Assembly: GCA_030141605.1 (NCBI GenBank)
Contig: JAQGDQ010000835.1
Coordinates: forward strand, 1-64,000
DNA: 64,000 nt
DNA from: Tubiluchus corallicola
Taxonomy: Eukaryota; Animalia; Priapulida
Direction: 5' to 3'
Shown: positions 51,074-64,000 of the stretch, one piece after another
Layout: each line of letters opens with the position of its first letter
Numbering within the stretch: the stretch's first letter is position 1
Position numbers and translations under genes: made by a program
Notes under the pieces: model-generated
Database searches by the model: none
What the model was told of the DNA's origin: nothing
What the model saw: the letters and a program-made list of their open reading frames with translations, nothing else

Positions 51074-51610
51074 TCATGATTTTATATGATTAGGTAGATA
51101 GTTCCAAATTAATGGCCCAGTAAAGGAAATGAAATGCTTAACAACATTCGTACGGCCATACGGTAGAAAGTATTGATTAAATCGTGTATTATGAAATCTT
51201 GCATTCAGTTTGACAGGATTTTTGAAGAACTTGGGTAATAATTTGCTATTAGTTTTATACATGAAATTTGCAATATTATGAAACACTATGTTATGAATAG
51301 ACAAGATGTTACATTGTTTAAAGAAAGAGTTAAATATTGGAGTGAATTTATTTTATCCAAAATATAAACAAAGAAATTTTCTTTGAAGACAACATAATGG
51401 GTTAAGATTTCTCATGTATGTACCTCCCCAAAGGGAACTAACTTAATTTAAATAAAGAGCGACTAAAGAATAATAAAGAGTAAGTATACGTAATATGGAC
51501 AAATTGTATCTAATATGGGACATAATACCGATATTTTTGGCTATTTTTAGACTAATCATTTTTATATGAGAGTTCCAGTCCAGATGTTCATGCAAAACTA
51601 CACATAAAAA
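51074..51610 (-). mobile_element. Decayed L2/CR1-group LINE fragment
   Basis: ANFMYK..LP..F..HNTR..ISFTGPLIWN.LP.HIK. Confidence 0.7.
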
Positions 51611-51649
51611 TAATAAGTAAGGGAGTAAATAATTTATTTGTTTCTAAAT

Positions 51650-53910
51650 TTTACAAAATAAACATAAACAAAAGCAAAAACTAAAATAAAGATGGAAAAG
51701 AGACAGGGTGACGAAAAAAGCGAGGGTCACCAAGTCAATCACCCCTATCTGAATTGAAGACAAATAAGTGATCTGTCAAGTAAGGTATGTACAAATGAAA
51801 ATAATCAGCAACTTAACAAAAGTTCATATGAGTTTAAATTCAAAAACAGTATCTAAATTTGGCAATAAGAAGAGGCAACATTGAAATTAGCAAACAAAAC
51901 AGAAAATTTAAATTAAAATCAAGTCCAACTCAACAAAAACAAAACTAAAAATTACATGTAAATCAAGAAACTCAAGCCAACAAAAGAAGCAAAAAATGAG
52001 GCAATGTCAAACCATGAGTAAATCATCACCAGGTCAAGCACCTTTATCCAAATTCAAAGGAAATTATATAACCTGATAATTACAGATAAGGAAAATTATA
52101 ATAATCAACATTTTAAAAATAAAAAATTAAGATGAATAACTAGGAAGATATTAGGATAATGAATTCAGATGAGTTTATAATTAAGTGGCAGCATAAATCA
52201 ATGAATATAGCAAATGGTATGAAACAATATTTAAATTGACTATGCGAAGATTCAGTGAAATAGATGTCAAACCGAAAGATAACTAAGAGATAAATTTGAA
52301 ACTAAGAATACAATTTTTTTTCTAAATTTCATTAACCAATTTGAATAGTTGCTGATTAAATCTGGGAGACTGAACACGTACATTTACGTAATTTACATAC
52401 TAATATATAATCTTTAATAATGCCCTTTCACGAGTTATGGTTACAAATATATGCCTGCTCTGCACCACTTACACAAATCCTTTGATTAGAACTTTTCATA
52501 TTTGCGTTTTCAGAATCTTCGCAATAGTTGGCATTCTGTGTAATGGGTCGTAAGTGCACAGCACCACCAAAGACAGCAAGCGCACCATTCACTCGAAAGA
52601 ATTAAATTCACAATGAATCCTCCGTATAATTATATAATATAATTACCATATTTTGTTTTTTACCTAAAAGCTTGCATTTAATTTTACACAATATAAAAAT
52701 TAAGCAATATAAGTAGTACCCAACAGTAACAAATTCACTGCTCCGCTCAGTATGTATATTTGTTAATTAATAACTATGGCATTTCACAAAAATGAAAAAA
52801 TACAGGAAAAATCAAAAACACAACAAAGCGGTTCACAGCACTTATTGCCAGCAACATGAAAAATCTTTGTCTCCTTCATTCTTGCACAATCGTGCTTCTT
52901 TGACGTGCCATGTCATGACGAATCAGCTTATTGTCCATAACCATAAGAAAGTTAGAAAGGCATAGAGTATAATAATCAGTGATGTATAATTATAATATTA
53001 ATCTTTTCGTGCTATTTATATTGGCAACTATTTCCGGTAATAACAAATACTAAAGTAAGGTAAAAAAAAATTATTTGTCTCTGAATGATACAAAATAAAC
53101 ATAAACAAAAGCTAAAAACTAAAATAAAGACGGAGAAGAGACGGGGTAGCAAAAAGAGCAAGGATCACCAAGTCAACCACCCCTATCCAAACTGAAGAAA
53201 ATTAAGTGACCTGTCAAGTAAGGTATGTACAAATGAAAATAATCAGCAACTTAACAAAATAAAAAATAAATAAATAAGGCAACAAGCTCAAATGAGTTTA
53301 AATTTAGAAACAGTAAATAAATTTGGCAATGAGAAGAGGCAAAATTTAAATTAGCAAACAAAAGGGAAAATTTAAACTCATCAAAAACAAAACTAATAAT
53401 TACATATAAATCAAGAACTCAAACCAACATAAGAAGCAAAAAAATGAAGCAATGTCAAGTCATGAGTAAATCATCACCAGGTCAAGTACCTCTATCCAAA
53501 TTTAAAGGAATTATATAATCTGACAAGTACAGACAGGGAAAATTATAATAATCAACATATAAAAAATAAAAAGAAAAAATAAAGATGAATAACTAGGGAG
53601 ATATTAGTATAATGAATTCAGATGAGTTTATAATTAAGTGGCAACATAAATCAATGAATATAGCAAATGGTATGAAACAATATTTAACTTAACAAAATAG
53701 CAAAAGCAAAAATTTGGATTTAACTCAAGAGACAGACTTCATAGGAACAACCAAAAAAAAAACTAAAGCAATATCGAAGTACGTCAATGGCAGATACATT
53801 GAACAAATTGTAAACATTTTGTTTACAGTAAACATAATGAAAGTGGGTCAGCGATAAACAATAAGAATAATGCTGAATTTTTTTCCAGACTATGTGAATA
53901 TTCAGTGAAA
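51650..53910 (-). repeat. Two ~600-bp copies (~51650-52265 and ~53093-53910) of a LINE 3'UTR-like repeat with a terminal hairpin; related hairpin at ~32667-32710
   Basis: Shared aaaataaacataaacaaaagc..gggtgacg..caagtca..cacccctat..ggtatgaaacaatattt. Confidence 0.75.
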
Positions 53911-55371
53911 TATGACTATAATATCAGTATTTTACTTTCAGCCGAGGCTGTCTAGGTAATGAAAATTGACATTTAGCCAGCAATCATTTCTCTGTCGTTT
54001 ATAGGGTAATTAATTTTTATCATAGTTGTTAATATCCTCAACAATGACAACCACTAACAACAGCAGCAACAGAAACAGTGGCAGTAAAGTCAACAACAGC
54101 ACCACTGTCATAGCGCTCTACTATTATTTACTATCATTTGCTCTGGATAGCAAATGTCATAATTTTAAAAATTATTAACGTTTCCTAAATTAAAGTGACA
54201 ACATTAATGCCCACCAGCATCTAAAAATCATTTTATCTATATTCGGTAAAGGATAGCAGACTAGGTGACTTTACAGTCTTTTCGCTATTCTTTCACTAGT
54301 TCTAGAGCTGTCTCTATTCATTTTAACCATTCTTCAAAACTTATTAGCAATTCTTTTATCAATCATATTTTATTGTAGTACGATAAAGAGATAAATAAAT
54401 TGAAATTGAATTTAATTGAATCATAGTGGCTTGATGTAATTTAGAATTTATAAGCAGTGAAAAAAAACAAGACTGACCACAGGAATATTGACTACAGTAT
54501 TAACAAAAACATAACAACATTTAGAGGTAGCAAGCTAACAACAGTAAGAGGTGGGCATCAGCAGCAACACAATAGCGAGAAACCCAAGCTGTCATTCTTT
54601 ACAAAAACACTGCTAGTTCTTTATTCACACCATTCTCAGAGTTAATGTCAAAACTGACCCAAGCATGCAGAATCAGAGAGAGGAAATAGATGTGTACAAA
54701 TATTTATTAAAAAATTTAATAACAATTGCATTATTCTCATTTAAATTAAACTTTAAAAAACTTAACAATGTAAAAATATTTACAATATATGACATAAAAA
54801 ATAACAAAACTTAATTGCAAATACACACCAATTACCTACTCATACTTACTTGCACACCGAACTAAAAAAAAATAAAAGAGAATTTTCATCAATCACATTG
54901 ATTCACAGGCATTTTTGACAACCATTACGCAATTTAAGTGGCATGAAATTAGTCATGATCAAAGACAACGAGCTACACGGATAGGCCGAGTGCTAACTAA
55001 TGACCAGTAATACTAAATTCATCGTAAACTCATTATTCTAATTTAATTTAAATACATTCAGCAATATACACTGTATATGTATGTATGTATATATCATATT
55101 ATAATACATATGTATACATATTATAATACACTCTTATCATACAAAAATTAACCAAACTATTAACTGATTGAAATAGTCTATCACAGTGTGAAAAGTCCAT
55201 TAATTTTGTGAGTATCCAGAAAGAACAGACAGAAAAATTAAAGCTTTTTTTGCTACATTTTCAAATACGAATAGCATTTCTTTAAAATAAATAAGCCATT
55301 CAACAATTTAAACAAGAAACTAGTTTTTCTGGTTAATTTTAAGAGCTACATTTCCAAAGCTTATGGTGTGG

Positions 55372-55870
55372 AGACACCACAAAAAGTACTTTAAACTAGC
55401 AAGAACTCACTGGCACAATTTTGTGGGAACACCATCAAAAAGTACTTTAGACTAGCAAGAACGCACTAGCACAATTTTGTGTGTATACAATCAAAAAGTA
55501 CATTAAAGTGGCAAGCACGCACTAGCAAAATTTTGTGGGAATACCATCAAAAAGTACATTAAACTAGCAAGAACGCACTAGCACAATTTTGTGGGAATAC
55601 CATCAAAAAAGTACATAAAATTAGCAAGAATGCACTAGCAAAATTTTGTGGGAATATCATCAAAAAGTACATTAAATTAGCAAGAATGCACTAGCAAAAT
55701 TTTGTGGGAATACCATCAAGAAAGTACATTAAAGTGGTAAGAACTCACTGGCACAATTTTGTGGGAACACCCTCAAAAAAGTACATTAAAGTGGCAAGAA
55801 CGCACTGGCACAATTTTGTGGGATCAAAAAAGTACCTTAAACTAGCAAGAATGCACTGGTACAATTTTCT
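55372..55870. repeat. 56-57-bp minisatellite, about 9 copies
   Basis: Unit aaaagtacattaaactagcaagaacgcactagcacaattttgtgggaataccatca. Confidence 0.92.
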
Positions 55871-56063
55871 AAAGCTGACACACACACACCAACAAAATGA
55901 TTATTTTTTCACTTGCCGCATTATTGTTCTTTATATATGCAATGTTTCTGATATGTGTATTATTACTTCAGACGATGCTAAGTTACTGGCAGAATTGATT
56001 ATAATGAACACAGTTGCTATCACAGAATCATGACGAGTTTGTTAATAACTGTTATGAAATAGT

Positions 56064-56711
56064 TTAACCATATCTTTCTTGCGCTCCAACAATTTCCTCA
56101 TAAGATGGCGGAGGCTCATCGCGCAAGCCAAATTCTACAGTCCAGACTGTTGGTGTATTGGCTGTATATTCTGGGGGTCTCTCTAAAGACGCCGAGTGAA
56201 CATCCGTAGACGCAATTCTTTGGGAATCATCATAACTAGGCAAACCCATTGCACTTAAAACATCAGTAGTATCATCATTGACTGTTATTTCATCTGTCTG
56301 TATACCAGCACGAGCACGAGGATGACTAGAGAAAAGGCGAATGGTACGAACTCTGCTTGTTGATCTGCTGATTTCACACAATTCGGCACGCGTGTGAGCA
56401 ACGGGTCTCGTAGATCGAACAGGAGCCATCATTCCATATCGTGATGTGATGGCACGTTCGCGGCGGTGCTGGTCTAGTGCAGATTTCGCTTTAATAGATG
56501 TGCGTATGCCATAACCCAGTGAAACAAAGCCAACGAAAAAAATTACAGTACCAGCAAATATTAGTCCAACTTTGGCATTGAAAGTGCCATAACTAATGAG
56601 CATGAATGCAGCAATAAGTATGAGGCCACCAGATACCACAACACACTTGCCAATAGCCTGAGCCTGTCGGTTTGAGGCGTGCAGAGTAGGTATAACAGAA
56701 GGGCTCGTCAT
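56064..56711 (-). CDS. Uncharacterised 215-aa two-TM membrane protein with three PY motifs (LPSY, PPEY, PPPSY)
   Basis: Intact ATG-TAA ORF, GC-richer than flanks, two hydrophobic helices near the N-terminus, aaaaacATG context, acceptor tttatgcag about 40 nt upstream. Confidence 0.8.
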   Translation of the reverse strand: MTSPSVIPTLHASNRQAQAIGKCVVVSGGLILIAAFMLISYGTFNAKVGLIFAGTVIFFVGFVSLGYGIRTSIKAKSALDQHRRERAITSRYGMMAPVRSTRPVAHTRAELCEISRSTSRVRTIRLFSSHPRARAGIQTDEITVNDDTTDVLSAMGLPSYDDSQRIASTDVHSASLERPPEYTANTPTVWTVEFGLRDEPPPSYEEIVGAQERYG

Positions 56712-58854
56712 GTTTTTTATTGCACGGTGGAACTATGTAGAATCACACTTTTCTGCATAAAAAACCTTTTGTGCTCTCGGCCAATTCACGCGCATCTCAT
56801 TCAGCAAGGATCAAAATGCAATAACGCACAGTTTGATCACATAACCACAAGACTATAGCAAGTCATAAACAAAATACTTGTGATCTATGTGTGTTCACAA
56901 CTAATGTTGACCAATTCACTGTTTTGGATGGCACAAGTTTACAGGTAATCAAAGGTGAGTAGCTATTAACATGCCAGAGTGACTTCTGGGAACACGTTCA
57001 AAGAAAATGTTCTGCATAAATGTTTCTTTATACATCTACTAATGTAACTTATAGATTACATGTACTTATAGGCATGCACGCAGGTATGCACATAAACACT
57101 CATTCAATTGCTATTATGTTGCTCAATTTAAAAAATTTCTATGTGTTCACGCAAAATAACATTAAACTACATTTTAATACAGTTTTGCCATAACACCCAC
57201 AAATTGACGTCAACAAAATTCTATTGGTCATTGTCAAACCACGACAGTATATATACCACAAACTAGACTAAGCATTTGTTTGCTCAGCACAAAGGTCAAC
57301 AACTGGTAAAATCTGCAGCAATAAAACCATCACACCCTGCCTTAAACTAACCAAGAATACAAAGTTTATGGCAAACAACATTTCCAACAATAAATCAACA
57401 GTGAAATTATACACAACTTAAAACATTTTTATTTTAAGAATAAAATAAACTATGTGAGACAAATAATGACTAAAGCACGATTATGAGTTGTTTCGAGTTA
57501 TAAACAGGGCTGCATTTAAAAATGCAATTTCTGAAACATTATCATACTGTATCATAAAAAAATTATAAATAGCGTATTTAATAATCACACATTAATTGAA
57601 AATAATGTATAGACGTGCAATAAAAATGTAAATTATGTATCTAAGGTAACCTTTGTTGGAGTAAATCTAGACATCATGGCTGCAGTGAAATCTATAATAA
57701 TTTCAAGAATGAACTATAATTTAGTTCTGAAAGTTCTGATGTGAATGACTTCTCAATGAATATCAACAACTACAGATCTGTTGGAAAAATAACATAAATT
57801 ATAATGTAGGTTTAATACTGCTTCTGGTGCTAAGTTTTTTCTTGCATTAACTAGATAAACATAATAAACTTACACATTTACTAGTATTTGTTATTAGACG
57901 AAAACAATTCAAATAACTTTATCAATCTCAGTATTTTGAGAAACCTAGAATTCATTCTAGTATACTGGTATTCCTGTAAAGATTCATAACAATTCGTTAC
58001 AAATTGGCAGAGCTTTGGCTTTTTTAAAAACGAATGTTATCGCCACCAATTTTAATTCAAAATGGTGTATTCAAAAATGTGGCTCAATCAGTCGATGTGG
58101 TACTTGTTCTTCTAGTATATTCCTGTAAAGTTTCATAACGATCCACTGCGAATTGACAGTCTTGGGTTTTTTCGAAAATAATCTTTATCATAACTTTGTT
58201 GAAGTCAAAATGCAGATAGAATCATGGAACATTTGATTCCATCATAACTGTGACAGCTAACATAGTAAAAATATAAATTACATGTACAATGTATATAATA
58301 TATATATTATGTGCATATTTGGTAATCAATTAAATTAAGTGAGCTGAAAATGATCGACGTCTGAAGTAAGACAAACTACAAACTAGATATAAAATCAAAA
58401 TACAAACTACAAAACAAAGAATCACAAACAGAAAATGTACAATGTGAATGTTAAAGACTACAAGTTGGTTCAACAAGGTATTGCTATTTGTAATTTTTGG
58501 GAAAAAGAACGATATAATTGAAAATATAACATGGAAATAATTATTAGCGGCAAGATGTGGATTGATACATATATATTTTCATTTCTTCAAGGTGGATTTT
58601 CTATTAATTGGAATTGAAAATCCGATGCTCTGCTAGAAAGTTAAACATATATTATTTAGCTCCAAGTTAATATGCTAAAGAATACAGATGGCTCTTTGCC
58701 ACTTTTACTGTGGTGAATCAGTGTGATTAAACTTTATTCATCACAGTCCAACCTGTAATGATCAAAATCAGTTTTTCGTTTTGTAAATACATATTATTAA
58801 TAAATTATTTGCCCTACACAAGTTTATAACAAACACCAAACTTAGGCTTTAATG

Positions 58855-59217
58855 CTAGAATATTCCTTGTTGGATTATGTCGCCTGAAGGTGAAAACAGC
58901 TTTCTTCTCACCGTTTCAAAAAAGAAGAAAACTACGCCAAGAACGATGATCACAATCCCTGAGACATTAAAGTAAACACTTGCTGGATAATCACTGTGGA
59001 CGGCCACATAAACAAGAGTTGATCCAAATATGGCCGCCGGTAAACCAAACCAATAAAACTGGTTGCAGCATTTGCAAGACTGGTACCGATCTACATACGG
59101 ATTTTCAATGACCAGTTCTCCACGCTCATCAACTGTAACTTTGTATGTTACACGACCTTTTCCTACGTTTATCTCACGTTCTTTTCCAATTTGGCTCTTT
59201 TTGTCATCTGTGTTCAT
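58855..59217 (-). CDS. Uncharacterised ~120-aa two-TM membrane protein with a juxtamembrane CKCC cluster
   Basis: ATG at 59217 (accATG), helices FYWFGLPAAIFGSTLVYVAV and VSGIVIIVLGVVFFFF followed by RRK; acceptor ttttccag at 59291-59292. Confidence 0.65.
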   Translation of the reverse strand: MNTDDKKSQIGKEREINVGKGRVTYKVTVDERGELVIENPYVDRYQSCKCCNQFYWFGLPAAIFGSTLVYVAVHSDYPASVYFNVSGIVIIVLGVVFFFFETVRRKLFSPSGDIIQQGIF

Positions 59218-60339
59218 GGTGCTCACCACTCAGCCTCACTATTCAACACACCAACCGTCTAGGTCACTTTAAGTGTTTCTCATAACATTTCTGGAAAACA
59301 TTTCACAGTTATTTCACCGTATTAAATGTAAGGTCTGTCACAAAGGACATGGAAAGCAATTACAAGGCAAGAAAATTGATGCCAATACATTATAGGCTAT
59401 CAGTAATCAATCAGACTTAGGAGTTACCATATCGGAAGATCTTAAAAACATCAAGTTGGTAGCAATTCAGCATAGAGTAACAAGTCTAATACTCCATAAA
59501 GCTCCTTCTTTGTTGCAAAAAACAAATCTCGACATTCAAAATGACAAAGAAAAAGACAGGAAGTTAACAGAAAACATTAGCACAGCGGCTACTTAGCAAC
59601 TAACACTTTTAAGAGAAATGCAAAACGCTAGCAAAGCAGGTAAATTATATCAACGTATGCAAGCAATCAGACTTGGTGACTACACAAAATAAGTTTTGGG
59701 AGTTTTTTAAAAAATGACAATAAATGATACGAATAGATGAAGATGAAATTAATTGTCGCCATGTCTCAAGTTAGATAGATTAAACTAATTTACGCCGAAT
59801 TTCAGAGTCGTAAATTGTAATTACTCTAATGTTAACCCATAAATATCTGTCTAATAGTGATTTTTTGTCATTCTAAATGACAGTAGTGATGTTTCTTGGT
59901 GACTTCTATAATACAGCTCACTTTGCATTAACAGTCTTACAGCCGCACCTACGAAAAAAACAATCGCTACTAAAAGCTCTTGTCTGGCAAGAACGAACCT
60001 TTGTGAGTGACGTGAAATGATCATTAAAAATTTTGAGCAGTAAAGCCGCTTGTATTTACACATAATAATAATTTAGTAATTCTATGTTGTAAATATCACA
60101 AAGTTTTGGTATCATTAGTTGTATGAATGACGGAGGTGTATGATATCGTATTTTCTAGCAAATGTTATTAGTCTGACGATTTTATTTTTGTTGTATTATT
60201 AAACCCTGAGATCATTAGTAACACAATAAAATGGTAACGTTCCCCAGGCCAAAATGCAGTAGCTTAAGTAAGGATATACTAGTGACTGGGCATAAGTTTT
60301 AAGATTTGTTATCCTATATATTTCCTTAGACTTAGTGCA

Positions 60340-60715
60340 ATTCTCGATAATACGACTTAACCTATATGTTTAATGTGTGTTCCCCATGCCAGTTTGTTGT
60401 CAATTAATATTCTTAAATATTTAATATCTTCTGTTGCATATAATTTCTATTGTTTGTTGTTACATAAAAAGTTTTATTGGTCATTAAAATTAGTATAAAT
60501 TTAGTTTTTTTCCAAATTAAATGATAATTGGTTCGCTTTCATCCACATTTCTATCTTTTTCAGTTTACTCTTAACCAATTTGTTTAGTTTGACGGTATCA
60601 GGGTGGGACATATAGTTAGTGTCGTCTGAAAACATTTCTGACACTGTTACCATCGAAGGATAGAGGTTAAGCTGATAAATAGCTTGTAAATTTCTCCAAT
60701 CTTCTTTGAATTCTA
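60340..60715 (-). mobile_element. Decayed L2/CR1-group RT fragment
   Basis: MFSDDT..LKKIEMWMKANQLSFNLEKTKF. Confidence 0.55.
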
Positions 60716-60739
60716 TATTTATGTCTTAAAAGAAACAGT

Positions 60740-61280
60740 GGCACTCCATGATCATGGACTGTATCACAAAGCATCTTGCTGCCATTGAGGCAGTTTAGGA
60801 TCGACAAATCTTTTTGGGTTGTGCTGCCAATATCGATCTAATCGGGACTTAAAAAGAGAAGGGTTAGCAGCATTGATTACAATTTTGGGTAACTTATTCC
60901 ATTCATCAACCACCCGCATTGAAAGAAATCTCTCATTTTCTGCTCCACCTGTTAGAGGCTGCTGTCTTCTTGATACTGTAAGGATGTCCTCTAGTACCAC
61001 GATATTTCTGAGATGGAACCATTTTGCTAGCATCAATGTGGTCAAAACCTTTTAAGATGAGGAAGGTTTGGTTCAAATCCTGTCTCTCACGCCTATATTT
61101 TAAAGTAGTTAGCTCTTGATTTTCCTAACCTCTGGATTCTAGACAGTCCGGAAACTGCGGGTTCAAATCTAGTAGCCTAGTAGTAGTATTTCTGGGTACA
61201 AGTTAGCAAAATAAGGTAAATCGTTAATGTAGAGTAACAACAAAAGTGGTCCTAATTAGATCCCTTAGGGACACCATAGG
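60740..61280 (-). mobile_element. CR1 LINE fragment
   Basis: GPLLLLLYINDL and RVVDEWNKLP.IVINA....FKSRLDRYW. Confidence 0.75.
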
Positions 61281-63129
61281 ATGATGGTTTGTTGTTAATA
61301 GACATATGCCGTTTTCAATTAGTTAGGCGTGATTCAAATGATGTCGTACATGAGCAGCCCAAGTACGGCACTATCGATTTCTGTCGAGAATCGAGAATTA
61401 TGACATAATAAAACATAAAACTAAATTTGTTTTAGAAAAAAAGTAACTTTATATAATGATAGAAAGTCCTTGACAATTTACAAATGTATTTTTTACAATA
61501 ATATCATCATTATTGTTAGCTCCATTAATATCATCATAGCATTAAACTAAGTATCTAAAGCTTTAAAGGGAGAACTATGTAGGGCAAATAGCTCGCTGGC
61601 CCACTTACTTAGTAGAAAACAATTATATATCCAAGAGATAGTGAAACGGATCACTTGTCTGTGAAGCGAGACAAAATAAAAAACGATATACCTTAAGTAA
61701 ATGTTGGAATCGCCTAAAAAGCGGACTTATTTCACTTCAAAAAGATTAATATTGAAACCAAATTTAATACTGGCCATTCTGCTAGCTCAGAATAAGATTC
61801 TTTTATTTTATCAGATGTATATAAAATTAGTCAACGTGTGTTGACGTTTTCAATAATTATTATTAAAATGCCAATTGTCCTACTTCGGATAGTGTCCTAC
61901 TCCTTTCCCAACACACTCAATCTTTAAACAACTTCCTTTGGCGCTTACACTTTAACTACAAGGATTGTAATTACTTGATACATTATGTACACCATATACA
62001 CATACATAAAGCAAAAAACTAGGCATCTATAACTATGGCATGGGTACTAGTATTATGCTGTAGAAAAAACTCAATGTTTGCAGACGTGTTTCTAGTGAAT
62101 CCAATCTACATTTCGTTTTTCAATGGCATTAACATACGTTTGGATAGCCCCTTTAAACTGATTAACTGTAACTGCTAACTTACGTAAAGGAAACCTACAC
62201 ATGAAAGCCAAGGAAAATGATACCGACAACACTAACCGTACGAGACAAACAAGTTAGTCATGATTCATGAAATTTTTAACTTGCTTGTAAAGACGAATTT
62301 TACTGTTGTATTTTACCGGGTAACGGTATATCAATATATATTTTATAGCATTACACGATGATTTCACTTAAAAAATCACGTTACATCAGAGCCTTGGTTA
62401 ACTACATCAACGTACGCATGTGTCTATTTTTTACTGTATTAACAACCACCTTAGCCGGCGCATTGTCCAGAAGTCAGACTTTCGAAGTTTTAACTTAAAA
62501 TACATAAGATTTTCCATCTTGCTAAATCTTAATGCGGGAAAATTAGCAAGAAATTTTAACAGATCCTACGAAAACCAACTGAAGTCAAAACAGTGTTTTT
62601 GTTGAACTGATTCCGCGCAAGAAAATTTAATTAAATATCTTTTGGTAATTTCGAAGGACGCCTTGGTGAGCTATGAATCAAAATTTATTTCGTTTTTAAA
62701 CAGTTAATCTTAACCCTGACAACATGACCTAGTGTTCAATTCGTCTACGTGCGTTACAAGAAGAAACGTCCTAATAGTACTAGTATAGTACTTAGAATAT
62801 GTACATGTTAGACAAATGGTACATATTAGTCGCATCCACTTAAAGCTTATTAAAAATACTTTCAGACACTTCCAACAATTTGCTTTTATTTTTATTTTAA
62901 TGTAAGAAAAGGACTACCATACATCTGTTAACCCCTTCAGCTTGATGAAGTTAATACATTATCATGGAAAAGAGAAAAAAAGCAAATCATCAAGAGAGAA
63001 AATGTAAAACACACTTTTCACATCAAAGTCTATTGACAAAATGTTCACGCAGATGCATTATTCAACACCAAAGGGAAAGTTTATCACAATGGGAGATTTT
63101 TACAAAAGTGGAAAAACATTTATGGTGAT

Positions 63130-63560
63130 GTGACTTTAACCCTGACGAAGCATTGGTACTGTAATGGTATCCTCTTGTTTAAACGTTCAGTCCTATTTCT
63201 AAAAGAAGTTAAAGAACAAAGGTCTCTAATTATAGTATCAAAATTAAAATTGTTTCAATCAGCTTCTTCACGCGATAATAAATCTACCAATTTCAATTTA
63301 AATGAAAATTATGGTAGCATGGCAGGGAATGTTGTATAACAGCACATCTCTTTGATTATGATAAAGTGCACGCTCAGACAAAAAATGTTTTGTAGATTCC
63401 ACTAAACCGCACTTACATAGTGAAGAATCGACGCTTCCCATCTTATAAAGATAGTAATTATGTTCAGAAAAGCTTGTATGTAATTGAAGAAGCTTGAAAA
63501 ACTGAGTTTTTGATGTAAAATCAAGTTTTCTTTTGAAGATCATAGAAGAACACAAATTGT
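63130..63560 (-). mobile_element. CR1-like LINE C-terminal fragment
   Basis: LCKCGLVESTKHFL...Y..QR zinc-knuckle-like end. Confidence 0.55.
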
Positions 63561-63719
63561 TATTAAATTTATTAAGTGTAGTTTATTAAATTGTTACTTT
63601 TATATTACATGTAAAATAACACGATAAATATATCTACTCATAATTTTGTAGAGCATTGAGGTCATTTCTTTTTCAATGTTTGTTGTAGACAATGAGACAT
63701 TAATATTTATTAGAGTATT

Positions 63720-64000
63720 CCACCCGCTCCTATCTGCAGCTAACAGTACTTCTAAAGCTAGATTTGGTTGAAGTTGTTGAACATCTTTATTTGTCTTAGC
63801 TATCCAAGTTGTTTTTGGTTTGCCAGCTGGTTTTTACAAGATTTTAAAGCATTCTTTCGTTCTAGTGTATAAATCTTCATTTTTGATAGGCACGGTCATC
63901 TTATCTTTAAAAGTTTGCTTAGAAGACCTCTAGGAAATGCGTCAAATTGCATTTCTTGAGTAATTGTTAAACCCCGTTTATCGATTTATATTTTTGAAAG
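63720..64000 (-). mobile_element. RTE-like LINE 3' fragment
   Basis: KKPAGKPKTTWI...AADRSGW. Confidence 0.5.

Overview
AT-rich eukaryotic (invertebrate-like, possibly lophotrochozoan; not provable from sequence alone) genomic window. Three spliced genes can be rebuilt by hand with GT-AG junctions and consistent phases. (1) A WD40 ribosome-biogenesis factor PAK1IP1/Mak11 (+, 8 visible coding exons, 925-12237, N-terminal exon not found). (2) A 346-aa type II membrane DUF1647-family, glycosyltransferase-like protein (-, 3 coding exons, 18997-22820). (3) The CCAAT-binding subunit NF-YC (-, 7 coding exons, 39444-48346, 355 aa, with an 18-Q tract). Upstream of NF-YC on the same strand lie two intronless two-TM orphan ORFs, one with three PY motifs. 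The rest is a dense patchwork of non-autonomous DNA transposons (Kolobok-like TTAA, Sola1-like AWWT, hAT 8-bp TSD, Tc1/mariner TA), decayed LINE and Penelope fragments, tRNA-derived SINE heads and several minisatellites, two of which appear to derive from transposon sequence. I found no CRISPR array, rRNA, intact tRNA or prokaryotic-type system. The best leads are the same-strand series of acceptor-preceded ORFs 5' of NF-YC, the PY-motif membrane adaptor, a Kolobok MITE with a bidirectional promoter-like core, and a Penelope hammerhead-like motif.
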